DNA of 64,000 nucleotides from Octopus sinensis (GCF_006345805.1 NC_043000.1:18848001-18912000); one strand, 5' to 3'. Counted from the first letter of the stretch, positions 11,337-24,565 are shown. Program-made: numbers and translations. The notes: generated from the sequence alone by a model not told the origin.

Positions 11337-11404
11337 AGTTCTACCGATGAGCATGGACGCAAATTTTTATGCGATGAGTGCGAAATCACAGGTGATATAG
11401 GACT
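11337..11404 (+). ncRNA. Type I hammerhead ribozyme motif (C4 core variant), right arm
   Basis: Stem I AGUUCUA/UAGGACU (7 bp, one G-U); core CCGAUGA; stem II GCA/UGC with inner CGCA/UGCG helix; GAA; stem III AUCA-cagg-UGAU; cleavage triplet AUA. Confidence 0.75.
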
Positions 11405-11530
11405 AAATTCATTTTTTAAATGTCTTGCTTTGAAAAACTGCATTGGGTATGATTAGTGAAATTTTTGGTAGAAATGACTTATGTCCCTCATAGTGCGAGG
11501 CATTTATCTGTAATAATGCCCTCTATATAA

Positions 11531-11596
<66 letters not shown>

Positions 11597-11615
<19 letters not shown>

Positions 11616-12652
11616 ATATGTATGTATATGTATATATTTGTATGTATATGTATGTATATGCGTGCAAGTCGTCTAAGAGTATTTAAGTCAGGAAAAAAAT
11701 TCTCTCGTATATCTGTCAATAAAGTGGGTATATTATCCAAAGTGTACAGTATTATATATATTCATTACGGCAGGTCTTACCAATCAGTTCCGAGTTAGGG
11801 ATTCAATAATGTTACACATCCAAATTAGTACCTAACATATTGGTGAGATCGGCCGTAATAGATATTTAATCCTGTACACTTCAGCTAATATATATATATA
11901 TATAATATTAGGGAGTGTAACTCCAAACTTACAGGGAAAAGTTCAATTTAGTATTAAATCAAATTTCACAATATAAATATATAAAATATAAATTAGAGAT
12001 AAAACCACTATTATGCTGCTCAAACAGTGATAGACATAGACCAAAACATAAATAAAAAATAAAATATATTTTTGTAAAACATATAACTTGATCACAAAAA
12101 GTATAAAAATGAATAATCAATATATATATATATGTGTGTGTGTATATGTATGTATATGTATATATTTGTATGTATATGTATGTATATGCGTGCAAGTCGT
12201 CTAAGAGTATTTAAGTCAGGAAAAAAATTCTCTCGTATATCTGTCAATAAAGTGGGTATATTATCCAAAGTGTACAGTATTATATATATTCATTACGGCA
12301 GGTCTTACCAATCAGTTCCGAGTTAGGGATTCAATAATGTTACACATCCAAATTAGTACCTAACATATTGGTGAGATCGGCCGTAATAGATATTTAATCC
12401 TGTACACTTCAGCTAATATATATATATATAATATTAGGGAGTGTAACTCCAAACTTACAGGGAAAAGTTCAATTTAGTATTAAATCAAATTTCACAATAT
12501 AAATATATAAAATATAAATTAGAGATAAAACCACTATTATGCTGCTCAAACAGTGATAGACATAGACCAAAACATAAATAAAAAATAAAATATATTTTTG
12601 TAAAACATATAACTTGATCACAAAAAGTATAAAAATGAATAATCAATATATA
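11597..12652. repeat. Near-perfect tandem duplication, 528-bp unit x2
   Basis: Identical ORF-track translations at 11604 and 12132 (offset 528). Confidence 0.92.
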
Positions 12653-13016
12653 TATATATTGATTATTCATTTTTATACTTCTTGAGAACTAGTTATGTGT
12701 TTTATAAAAATATATTCTATTTGTTATTTATGTTTTGGTTTATGTCTATAATAGTGGTTTTATCTCTAATTTATATATATATGTATACCTACTTTAATAA
12801 TTTACTTGTTTCAGAAAAATTACTGCGGCTATGTCGGGGCATCACATTGAGGGCTTAAGTAGTACAAATATATTCCGGTATGTATTTTATATCTGCTATT
12901 TACTCAATCTGTCTCCTTTGTCGTCGAAACACTAAGTTACAGCAGACGTAGAGAATCCAACACGTCAAGCAGTGAGAGAAAAGTTTCTTACACGAAAATA
13001 TACAGTCATATATATG

Positions 13017-13056
<40 letters not shown>

Positions 13057-13959
13057 TTCGGTTTTTAGTTAGAAAGTACAAAACGAAATTAATATATATT
13101 AATAGTTATCGCCAAGCTAATATGGCAGTCTAGAAATATAAGACGAATGCTGCCGTTGATTAGCTCCAGGAGGCCATTGCCTCTAGCTAGCTATGTGACA
13201 CACGAACCTGTGTCCATGAGACTGTTATCTTCATATAATTCTCAAGGATATTGGTAATGTAGCTGAAGTTAACTCCTGTCTGACCCACAATCGATAATAG
13301 ATTGTGTTCATAGTTTGTCAAGTGGTTAACTGTTGTATGGTGTTCGTTACTCGCATATATTTAAAAATATCAACAAAAAGTAATGAAATATTTTTATTCA
13401 ATGAATTTGCCACTACGTAGACAGAGATATATTCTGGTAGATATATACATGTTAGTATAATGTCTAGAAATTGGACAAAAGTTATGGAAAAGTTACAAAG
13501 AATATTGTGAGGGATATAAGCATAATTTGAAATGAAGCTAATTAGCTTGAAGGAAACCAAACGGATAAAACCAGTGAAGCAGTCTTCTACTCTCATGCTG
13601 ATCACGCAATAAACACCTTGATAACATTGAGTGTTACAATGCATAGACATTTAACATATAACGCCAGGTCACTAGCATGATTTAACACACAGTCTATTTT
13701 TATGTGTAGGGATCCAAAGAAAGGAACCCATATAAATGTCATTAAAGGAAGTGTGATTAACACGACGATAACGCGAGCGCTTTTAAGCCCATCTGAGCAA
13801 TTCTTTAGTTAATTGACGACTGATTCTGATATCGATAAAAGAAAATTATATCTATCTCTTCCTCAATTCGGAAGTAGGAGAACCAACACATCTTATACTG
13901 AAGCTTTTTAAAAGGCCTACAATAAAAAATGGTTCAACATCATATTATTTTCTCTCTAA

Positions 13960-14176
13960 GGCGGCGAGCTGGCAGACTCGTTAGCACGCCGGGTGAAATG
14001 CGTAGCCGTATTTCGTCTGCCGTTACGTTCTGAGTTCAAATTCCGCCGAGGTCGACTTTGCCTTTCATCCTTTCGGGGTCGATAAATTAAGTACCAGTTA
14101 CGCCTTGGGGTCGATGTAATCGACATAATCCGCTTGTCTCCTCTGTGTTTAGCCCCTTGTGGGCAGTAGTGAAATA
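13960..14176 (+). mobile_element. SINE family A with 15-bp TSD
   Basis: TSD catattattttctct at 13941-13955 and 14177-14191; head ggcggcgagctggcagactcgttagc. Confidence 0.92.
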
Positions 14177-14195
14177 CATATTATTTTCTCTTGAG

Positions 14196-14246
<51 letters not shown>

Positions 14247-14759
14247 AAGAAAGTAAGAAAGAGAGAGAAGAAAAGGGAAAGAGAGAGAAATCCAGACTGG
14301 GATTCAAATGAGTAGGACGTAACAGCTTGTATATATACACCATATATACACGCATTTACTATGAAGCTGGCGGTGATATAATAACGATGAGACTTCATGA
14401 GAAATTCAAGTGCGATTTCATATGCATCCAGTAAGATACTCCAATATCATAAGTATTCAACAAGCATCACTTGACACAACCACAATGTATGTATGTATGT
14501 ATACACACACACATAAACTATATCATATAAATATAAATATATATTTATTTTTTACTTTTTATTTTTTTTTACTTTTTATTTTTTTTTATTTTTTACTTTT
14601 TATTTTTTACTTTTTTTACTTTTTTTACTTTTTATTTTTTATTTTTTATTTTTTACTTTTTATTAAAATTTTATGTATTGATTAAGTCTTTCCTTGTTTG
14701 TTTTGCAAAATAGTGGTTTTGTCTCTAATTAATATTATATAAATATATATATATATATT

Positions 14760-14790
<31 letters not shown>

Positions 14791-15001
14791 ATGTATGTAT
14801 ATATATATGATAGTTCCAATATGTTTCAGATTTTAGCTATTATCACATCATCTATAAAAGCAGTGGGAGACGGTGATTACTCGAAATATATATGTAATAG
14901 CAGTTTAGCTAATTGTTTCAAGTGTAACTGTATTTAATAATATCTCTAAATGATTTTGTGTAGGTGATGGAATCCTAATCTCAATTGATATATATAATAG
15001 G

Positions 15002-15387
15002 AGGGAAGCACTCCGTCGGTTACGACGACGAGGGTTCCGGTTGATCCGAATCAACGGAACAGCCTGCTCGTGAAATTAACGTGTAAGTGGCTGAGCACTC
15101 CACAGACACGTGTACCCTTAACGTAGTTCTCGGGGATATTCAGCGTGACACAGAGAGTGACAAGGCCGGCCCTTTGAAATACAGGTACAACAGAAACAGG
15201 AAGTAAGAGGGAGAGAAAGTTGTGGTGAAAGAGTACAGCAGGGATCACCACCATCCCCTGCCGGAGCCTCGTGGAGCTTTAGGTGTTTTCGCTCAATAAA
15301 CACTCACAACGCACGGTCTGGGAATCGAAACCGCGATCCTACGACCGCGAGTCCGCTGCCCTAACCACTGGGCCATTGCGCCTCCAC
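15002..15387 (-). mobile_element. tRNA-derived SINE family C with 13-bp TSD
   Basis: Minus head gtggaggcgcaatggcccagtggttagggcagcggactcgcggtc...gtttcgattccc (A and B boxes, tRNA-Arg-like). TSD gatatatataata at 14987-14999 and 15388-15400. Confidence 0.88.
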
Positions 15388-18074
15388 GATATATATAATA
15401 ATAGAGATTAGGAATCCATCATCAACACACTTTTGTCTTTTGCTAATCAAATTGACAGTAGTATCTGTTTTACGTCTGGTACTTACCCGATCGTCGGTGT
15501 CTTTTGTGAAACCTTCAAGTTACAGGAAAAATAAAGAATCCGCCACCAGTGAGAGACAACACAGAGTTTATTTTTCTATTAAGGCAAGATAAACAAAAGG
15601 AGTACTCTACCCAGTGAGAGATAAATGTCATTTAATGTACACACAGTACATTAAATGATAAGAGCTACTAATAGTTTCTTGCTGTTAAGACATGTGGATG
15701 GGCAGCTTTTATAACCTGCTTTGTATCTCCAAGCAATCTCGAGGATCTGAGCACATGGTCTGTTCCGTTTGAAAATCGAACCGATCCAAAAATCCTTCCT
15801 TCTTCTAGCTATCACCTCTTCTCCATCATTCTCTTACTAGCAGCTCTGAGACATATCCTTTTATGTAGATAAAGCTAGATATATGGTTGCAGTAAAATAA
15901 GGGTCTGGGAGATTGTCTGACATTAATTGATTTATCACCATCAAGTGGAAACACAGATGACAACCTCCAATGGATTTAATTCTAAATAGTTGTCGGCTAT
16001 ATGCTGCGTAAAACCTTCTTAATATAAATAACTTTCTCACTACTCCTATATCTTGAATCCCACTATTTTCCTCTGCTTCTCTCTAAATTATATAGGCTTC
16101 ATAAGATATGCATTTTCTTCTAAACTCATTCTGCCATAAATATAACATAAGGAAGCAATGTAATTATTTTGGTTACTGGTATTGATATAAATTTGTTTAA
16201 AATGGTTTATCCTTTATGATGGAAATCTATATGGTCATCTACGTTTGAGGAGAGCGGTTTCTTTCAAATCGATATAATGTTTTCATTGATCGATTAAATG
16301 GAGCCGCTCGAAACGGTCGTAATGTATTGATACCTGGATATCTTTGTTACTTATTTACATTCTGTTCACCTAACTTAGAGCTGTGCGGACTATACCGAAC
16401 TGGCTTGGTGTCTCAATTTAAGTACCTAGACACACATCTATATTGTAAAGTACATTTTACTGAAGATAATGAACAAACATTTTGACTGTGCAATATTGAA
16501 AGACAGTGTTCATATGAAGATCAAATACAATAATTCTGCTAGCTACCGTTGTTCAGAGATAAAATTTAGCTTTGAAAATATACGCTTATATTTATTGAAA
16601 TTGTTATTCATTTTTTTTAATGGACATAACGTGTATTGTATATGTATCGCTTATACATTAATTTAATTTACTTTAATGCTGTTTTACTTGGCATTCGGTG
16701 CAAATGCATCGAATTTCTGCAACGTAAATAAAAGTGTTACTGTCTGGGTCAACATGAAAGCATTTTGTGTGGTCGCTCAGCCTGCAAGAAATGACAGAGG
16801 ATCCTCTTAGAAATCACATTCTACCATCTTAAAATAAAAGAAAAACTGAAGCGTTGCCTTTAAAACAGATAGAGATGTTCACGAATGAAGAACTGTGGTT
16901 CATACGTCTCATTCAGGGTTTGAGCTGGACCTAAAGGATAATCATACAAAACAGCAATTATTTTCCTGCTAACAATTACTAAATGCATAAACGAGAAATC
17001 TATACTCAACGTTATTGCTGTTGTTCACAAGTTGAGATATAAAAAAAGAAAATATGTGAATGAGTCAGAAAGCGGGGGGAAAGAGAGAAGATGAGTAGAT
17101 ACTAACAGTTATTGTCGCTGCAGCCCGGAATGTCTATATATTTGGAAAACTTTCATGCGTAGGTTATCTATTTATAATATGCTGAAAAATAATTTTCTAT
17201 TGTTTGAGTTACGCCATTTAATAATATAATTTAAGTCAAAAGTAAGCGATAGCGAACAGGTATTGGATTTACTACGCATATTTTCCAGCCAATTGACCTT
17301 TTTTTTTACGTTAGGGCATCATATATATATATATATATGTTCATATATGTATGTAAACAAGAGTGTCTCTGAGTTTGTGTGCAAGCTTTAGTGTGTATAT
17401 GTGTTTTATGAATGATATAATACATTGCTTCAAAATAAAATAAAATATAAAATTTTTTTAAAATATTTTCTTTCAGACTTTACACAGGAAAGAATGAATA
17501 AATTTATGATAGTTTGACCTACCAACGTTATATTTTTACATTGCAGGAAGACATTGATGTGTTTGTATGTGATTAAACTATATACGACAAATAAAGTCAC
17601 TGTTGTGCGTAGAATAATAAACACAGAAAACAATCAAAATGCAAATATAACAGTGAGTAATTTTCATTAGTAGCAAAAGACTAACACTGTTTAATTGAGT
17701 TTAGATTTTCTACAGTCCTTTTGATAAATAGGAAGAAGCCTGTAAATGGCTGCTGAACTGATAGAAATAATTGCGAAATTTCCGTCATTTCATATTCCAC
17801 CGTTTTAAGCCCTACCCCCACAAGGTACGCTTTGGATAATCTGGTACAAGATTTACTGTGTCTAAAGAAAAAAATTAGAATGCTGGAATATCTTTGACAG
17901 GGATTGAGCTGACGCTAAATAATAGTAAATACGTCTCGTAGGGATTAAACTTTATACAGTTAGAAATAGTGAGTCCTTAGAAGCATTTCAGTAATGGATT
18001 TAATGTTTTGCTATTTCAAATAGTTCGTGCGATTCCTCTCGGCATTGTTGATTGCTAAAATATATATCAATGTA

Positions 18075-18478
18075 TGTAGCTGCCGTTACGTTCTGAGTTC
18101 AAATTCCGCCGACGTCGACTTTGCTTTTTATCTTTTCGGGGTCGATTAAATAAGCACCAGTTACACACTGGGGTCAATGTAATCGACTTAATTCGTTTCT
18201 CTGTCCTTGTTTGTCCCCTCTGTGTTGAGCCCTTTGTGGGTAGTAAAGAAATAGGCATTGTTGATTGCTAAAATAAATATCAATGTATGTAGCGGTATTT
18301 CGTCTGCCGTCACGTTCTGAGTTCAAATTCCGCCGAGGTCGACTTTGCCTTTCATCGTTTCGGGGTCGATAAATTAAGTACCAGTTACGCACTGGGGGTC
18401 GATGTAATCGACTTAACTCCTTTGTCTGTCCTTGTTTGTCCCCTCTATGTTTAGCCTCTTGTAGGCAATAAAGAAATA
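18075..18478 (+). mobile_element. Two headless SINE family A copies, locally duplicated with their flank
   Basis: Family-A body occurs twice; the flank ggcattgttgattgctaaaata.atatcaatgtatgtagc is repeated at 18041 and 18255. Confidence 0.85.
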
Positions 18479-21400
18479 AAATATCAATGTATGTGAGCCA
18501 GACAGAAAATAGCTATTTGGGAAATGCATGGATGTCGCGATATCCCTTTTCCACTTTCTCTGAAAAAAATTAAAACAATACGGTATCTTTTTGAGGAATC
18601 AAAAAGAAAGCAATAATAACTTTTTTTATTCAACGGAAACTGTTGATCTTCTGGCGTCGATAAGCCAAATTTCTGAGTTCGATTCTTAAGTAAAGACGTT
18701 TTGCGTCATTTACTCTGTTGGTAGGAAAGTTATAATAGTAACAAACATTAAGTGTAAATTCATTGACACGAGTCTACGGAATTAAAATTGCTTTTTTTTC
18801 ACCTTTGTCTATGCTTAAATGTTAGATATACATATATATAGGTAACTGTCTGCACGTGCGCGTGTATGCACGTCTGTGTGTATGTGAAATCCAGGGAAGT
18901 GAGTGGGACATGGACAGTTTCTCAAGATATAAACTACTGAACAACTGATACCATAGTACCATAATACAGCTATTTAGGAAATTCATGGACATCGTGCCAT
19001 CCCTTTTGCACTTTCTCTGAAAAAAACTAGAATCTTTATGCCGAATCAAATAGAACCCAAGATTAACTTTTTATTCAAATAATTTTCATGTCCCTATAGA
19101 CTTATTTTAAACAGTAGAAGAACCGAAAATCTCTTTGGTGCAGCGGTAAATAATTTTCGTTTTAACCGAATGACTTTGGAAAATAAATGTCGTAACGTTA
19201 AGTTGATAAACTGTCATTATTGTGCACTAAAAAAAATTCATCGATAACGGAATTCCAAGGTTACTTGTCATGTTTAGGATACCTATTTATTTAGTTGAAC
19301 TGAGATACACTGAATTATGTGTGCTTTATTTTCTTTCGGAGAAGCAAGCACTGGAGATAATATTTCAACAGTACTTCCTTTGATTGGAAACTTGAAAATT
19401 CCTCACTTTAACGATCAGATCAGAAACAAATATTGTCATGGTAAATTTTAGAAGTTTAAAGAATGTGATTTCATTAACTATTTGAAACTTGATTTATTCT
19501 ATAGTTATATCTTAAACTTAAATTTACTTCATCATATTCTATAGTTCTTATAAATATTTATTGAGCACGAGTCTGTTGTATTGTATGCGGCTTAATTAGA
19601 ACATAATGTAAATAGTATTACATGAATACTTCCATTAACATTGCCAGTTTAAGAGGAGGACATTTTTTTTAAAGCGTAAATGGAAATTGTTGAAGCAATC
19701 CATCACGACAGAAACTACTAATCTTATTGTATCCCTAATGACTTTGTAACAGAAATCAAGACTCCGCGTTCATTTCAATTTAAAGTAATTTTTTCTTCTT
19801 TCAATAATAAATCTCTTGTGTATTCTAAAAGTTTCACAAAATGAAAACATTACCGTCTTTTTTTTTTTCTTGAAATGAGAGAAAAGTAATTTTGTGCTAG
19901 AAGCAATTTTCGATATTAACACTTAATTAAGTAAATTCACGTGGTGTTAACTGTAATCTTCTGAGCCAATTAACACAGCAGAAACCAGTGATTGTAAATT
20001 TGATATTTAACGGAATATTCCCTTTCTCGTTCCTTTATTGAAAAAAAAGAACCCCACAAAAAACCGAAACAAAACAAATAAATAAAAAAGATAAAAATAA
20101 AATGAAATAAAAATTATGCTATGGTGATTTAATCAGTGTTAGTACATGTAATTCCGCTTGATTCATTTTAATGGAAGTCATCGGTAAAATTATTACTTCT
20201 GTATCTACCAAGGCAACAGAAACAGTCTTTCTCTAACGTAAAAAGTACAGTTCTAAAAATATCAAATGTCTAATTTTAGGATATACTACTAAAATATTTT
20301 TGTTGTTGTTGTTATTGTTTAGGCAGATATCAACTGAGATCTAGAAGATAAATGATCCATGATATTCCATCCATGACCATCCTGTCCTTTTAGAGACACG
20401 CACGAGTACATTATTTAATATGTCCTTTTATTATTTAAAACGGTGGAGCTATGATCAAATTTGTCATATGTGCAACCTAGAGGGTTGAATGCTCGTCTAT
20501 TCCTGAAATATCTTTTGACTTGAAGTGTAGGAACATGACAAACACAGGAGGAGCATTTAACTAAATACAATAACGTATTTCATTTTATCAAAATTCCTGA
20601 GTAAATTAATTGTTTTTACATCTCTAGGGAAAGACAAAAAACAAAGCAAACATAATGGAGGTATACAGTGGAATACGTACCTTCTTTACCGACAATTTCA
20701 TTGCTTCACCCAATCATTATACAGATGTGAGCTTATCGCAATTTAAGGAATTAATATATTTTCTCAATATTTTGCTTTTTAAAGCATCTTTTTTATTGGT
20801 AAGAAGGATGTTCATTAAATCCATATTAAATCAATGACTCTTATTATGACGGATGTGGGCATGAAAGACTAAATTGAGTTCAATGGAATTTGAATTCGAA
20901 AAGAATTAAATATTGCTAAGCATGATCCCTTAAAGATTTCCTTACACAATTCCATTTTTGTCACAATACTACGAGTGTCAAAAATGGTTTCTCATTTCGG
21001 CTCAAGTTCACAGTAATACTAGGCAGATATATAGGCAATTGAACGGACCAGTAATTACTCGGTACCTATTTTAACGATTAGGAAAATATGACCAGAAAAA
21101 CAGAGACCAGTATGTAGAAAATCTAGTATTTATCTCCCCTCGCTACCATTTCTGTCTCTGAATTTTGCCAAGGGAAAATTTGGCTGCTACTTAGCAAAGA
21201 AAGATGAGTGTCAAATACTGAGTGGCCAGAGGTATGGTTAGAACACGATGTCGATAGTTATATTTTATCAACATAAGAAAAAACATTTATTAAAAGTGGA
21301 GTAGTAGAAACATTTGAGTGTGAGACTAAGTACCGTTATGTTCTACGTTCTAAATTACAAATCTAACCAATCAGTGGCCTCGTATTACAGTGAGAGATCA

Positions 21401-22035
21401 ATATTGTATTCAACTACCAGATTGGCTGTTAAGTCTTGTGATAACTTTTCCATTACAAACGGTTCATTATGAAAATGAAGATTTTAACACGAGGTGTTTA
21501 TAAGACAAATTTAAATTATATTTTGCTTCGTAATTGCTTGTGAACAATTTTTCTCGCTATTCCTATTAGCAATTTGTCTTAAGGCGATAATATCTTTAAT
21601 CTGTTTAAAGGAATGATATCTCTAATGAATTACATATCTAAATTTGTCGCTAAAATGAATTTTAAATGTATATACATTGATTGAGTGATTGAAGGTGAAG
21701 GTTATAAGTTTGGAGAATGGGCGATTCTTTGACTGAAATGCGTAGATGTGTAGAAAACGAAGGAAAGGAAAGCAAGGGTGGTAGAGAGTGGAAAAGTAGG
21801 AATAGAGGAGTAAGAACAAAAACTGAAAACCCCAAACATTTTAAATGTCGTCAAAATCCTATAGAGAAGGAGCGTATCTTTGCCTTGTTGCAATCGACCC
21901 TCTCGTTGCTAAAGCAATTTATTTTCAATGGTAACTTTTTTATTATCTTATAGATGGATATAAATAGAATTTCTCCAGCACTCTTGTTACAATTTACATA
22001 GTAGAAGTAAATAAGTTAGAGGTATATAGTTGGGA

Positions 22036-22635
22036 ACGGTGGCGAGCTGGCAGAAACGTTAGCACACCGGGCGAAATGCTTAACGGTATTTCGTCTGCCG
22101 TTACGTTCTGAGTTCAAATTCCGTCGAGGTCGACTTTGCCTTTCATCCTTTCGGGGTCGATTAAATAAGTACAAGTTACGCACTGGGGTCGATGTAATCG
22201 ACTTAATCCGTTTGTTTGTCCTTGTTTGTCCTCTCTGTGTTTAGCCCCTTGTGGGTAGTAAATAAATAGGTATTTCGTCTGCCGTTACGTTCTGAGTTCA
22301 AATTCCGCCGAGGTCGACTTTGCCTTTCATCCTTTCGGGGTCGATTAAATAAGTACCAGTTACGCACTGGGGTCGATGTAATCGACTTAATCCGTTTGTC
22401 TGTCCTTGTTTGTCTCCTCTGTGTTTAGCCTCTTGTGGGTAGTAAAGAAATAGGTATTTCATCTGTCGCTACGTTTTGAGTTCAAATTCCGCCGAGGTCG
22501 ACTTTGCCTTTCATCCTTCCGGGGTCGATTAAATAAGTACTAGTTACACACTGGGGTCGATATAATCGACTTAATCCGTTTGTCGGTCCTTGTTTGTCCT
22601 CTCTGTGTTTAGCCCCTTGTGGGTAGTAAAGAAAT
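22036..22635 (+). mobile_element. SINE family A head-to-tail trimer inside one 16-bp TSD
   Basis: One head plus three ~183-bp bodies; TSD aggtatatagttggga at 22020-22035 and 22636-22651. Confidence 0.92.
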
Positions 22636-23382
22636 AGGTATATAGTTGGGACCTTAGTAAACTTTGTGTTTATTTCTCATTGGGTTGCCTTTAGTCGTTT
22701 CTCATTCCATTTGGAATACCCCCACTTCAAAGACATTCATTTAAAAACTTAGTATTTTCCTGACTATTTAAATGTTATTTAACCAGATCCACTGCAGTCT
22801 GTCTGGCGTGGGTTCTTTCCAATTAAGTAATTCGTAAGCTTTATTTTGCAATGAGCTTCAAAACAATTACTACTAAATCGACGTGTTTTACTTGTCTTAA
22901 TCCGTCTTCTACATTGTCTATGTACCCTGCTTCCAAGTTGAAGTTACCTTTCTTATTCCATATACCAGTACAACATTTTCTGTTTCTCTCACCATCTGCT
23001 ACTTCATCGTTGTGACATTTTACTCCCTTCATTTTTTCCAAATAATCTCTTCTGATTATTTTCAAATAACTTGTTCAACTGAAAATGATATTTACTGTTC
23101 TCATATCATTTTATCTTAGCTGCCTGTTGTCATTTATTGTTTTACTCCTTAAATTACGACGTTTCTTACATTTTTTTTAACACTATTCCTTTATAGTGTT
23201 TTACTGACACTTTCTTAGTGCATTTTCAATCAGGTACAGTTGTTGGTTCGTTTCCGGGTTCAAATTCTTGATACTACCTTCTGTTTGTCTTTTTCGTCAG
23301 GGTATTTGTCAGACCATTATTGGCTTACCTATCTGGTAGCTAGCCATTTTTGCTATTACTCTTGCTACAGCCTTATATATTT

Positions 23383-23459
<77 letters not shown>

Positions 23460-23460
<1 letters not shown>

Positions 23461-24400
23461 TAGCAGCATAACCCGGCGTTGCCCGGGTATATAAGAGCCC
23501 CTAGTAGGCAACGACTAATCCCAATCTAGTCCTTTCCCTCTAGGGAACGAAGGCGCATGTGTAGGTTGCAATGTCTTCTCTTCACTCGAATACTTCTGTG
23601 TATACAATGTTCCTAGCTGTCCCTTTGGGCGAAAACATGAAAACATCATTGCGCCTCCCAACACGTGAACAGCCCACGTAGAGTTGACCGTGGGCGAAGC
23701 ACTGTTCGCCCAACTGTAACCCAGCGACTTGTAGCGTTTGGCCTTGGGATTTATTGATGGACATTGCGAAGCAGAGCTTAACAGGAAACAGAACGCCTGA
23801 AGTGGATTGGTAGGTCAGCGCCTGACGGTTGAAGGTGCATGCGTGGAATGAAGACGTCCTCTCCCTTCCCATAACCGGTAAGTATTGTGGCCGTTATTAA
23901 ATGTGGTGGCAAATGTTTCACAACCAGACGTGTGCCGTTGCACTGTTTAGGTGGAACCAAATTCCTGATGAGCATAATGGGCGCACCGACTTTTAACTTC
24001 AGGATGTGTGGTGGCAGGCCTGGCGGTTCAAGTGAATTCAGGAATTCAACAGGATAATCAGCAAGCTCGGCGGGGTCTGCTGTCCTATCAATAGATTTGT
24101 AGACGTGGACATCACCAGGAATAGCTTCAAGTAGCTGGATATTAATGAAGTTAAGAGTTAAAAAGGTCGAGTTGCGTCCCCTAGACAGTCTGTGGTTTGT
24201 GTTTCTGATTCTCGACCCCAAGTCGAATTTATCGATTTTTTTCAGAACTAGGGGAACTTTTCAAAATTTTCGCTGCGTTAGTTTTGAATTATGACATTGG
24301 GCTATGTGTGTGTTAAGTTTCATCAGAATCGGTTGAAAGCCGTGGTCAGGGTGAGGGTACAACCTGACAGACACACAGAAACACAGACAGACAAACTGCC

Positions 24401-24410
<10 letters not shown>
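23460..24410 (-). mobile_element. Helitron deletion derivative carrying a Pif1-like helicase C-terminal remnant
   Basis: 3' end hairpin acccgg-cgttgc-ccgggt plus CTAG at 23460; 5' end in (TA)n. Translation includes LKLKVGAPIMLIRNL...CNGTRL and FAMSINKSQGQTL...FAHGQLYVGCSRVG, frameshifted. Confidence 0.92.
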
Positions 24411-24453
<43 letters not shown>

Positions 24454-24488
24454 CGTGTGTGTGTGTGTACAAATATATATATGTATAT

Positions 24489-24537
<49 letters not shown>

Positions 24538-24565
24538 CACATATATACATATATAAATATGTATG

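Larger units (their letters stand above)
10636..11534. mobile_element. ORF-less HHR-bearing repeat: 481-nt monomer with 29-nt terminal redundancy, plus an inverted copy forming a ~780-bp palindrome
   Basis: tttaacaattaaggataacttcttaataa occurs at 10636-10664 and 11117-11145. 10758-11137 pairs with 11155-11534 with only a few mismatches. Confidence 0.9.

Noticed and set aside
11139-11354. 71-aa ORF in the palindrome arm
   Set aside because: Antisense to the hammerhead, stopped in the mirror arm (TAG vs TGG), and with no recognisable domain.
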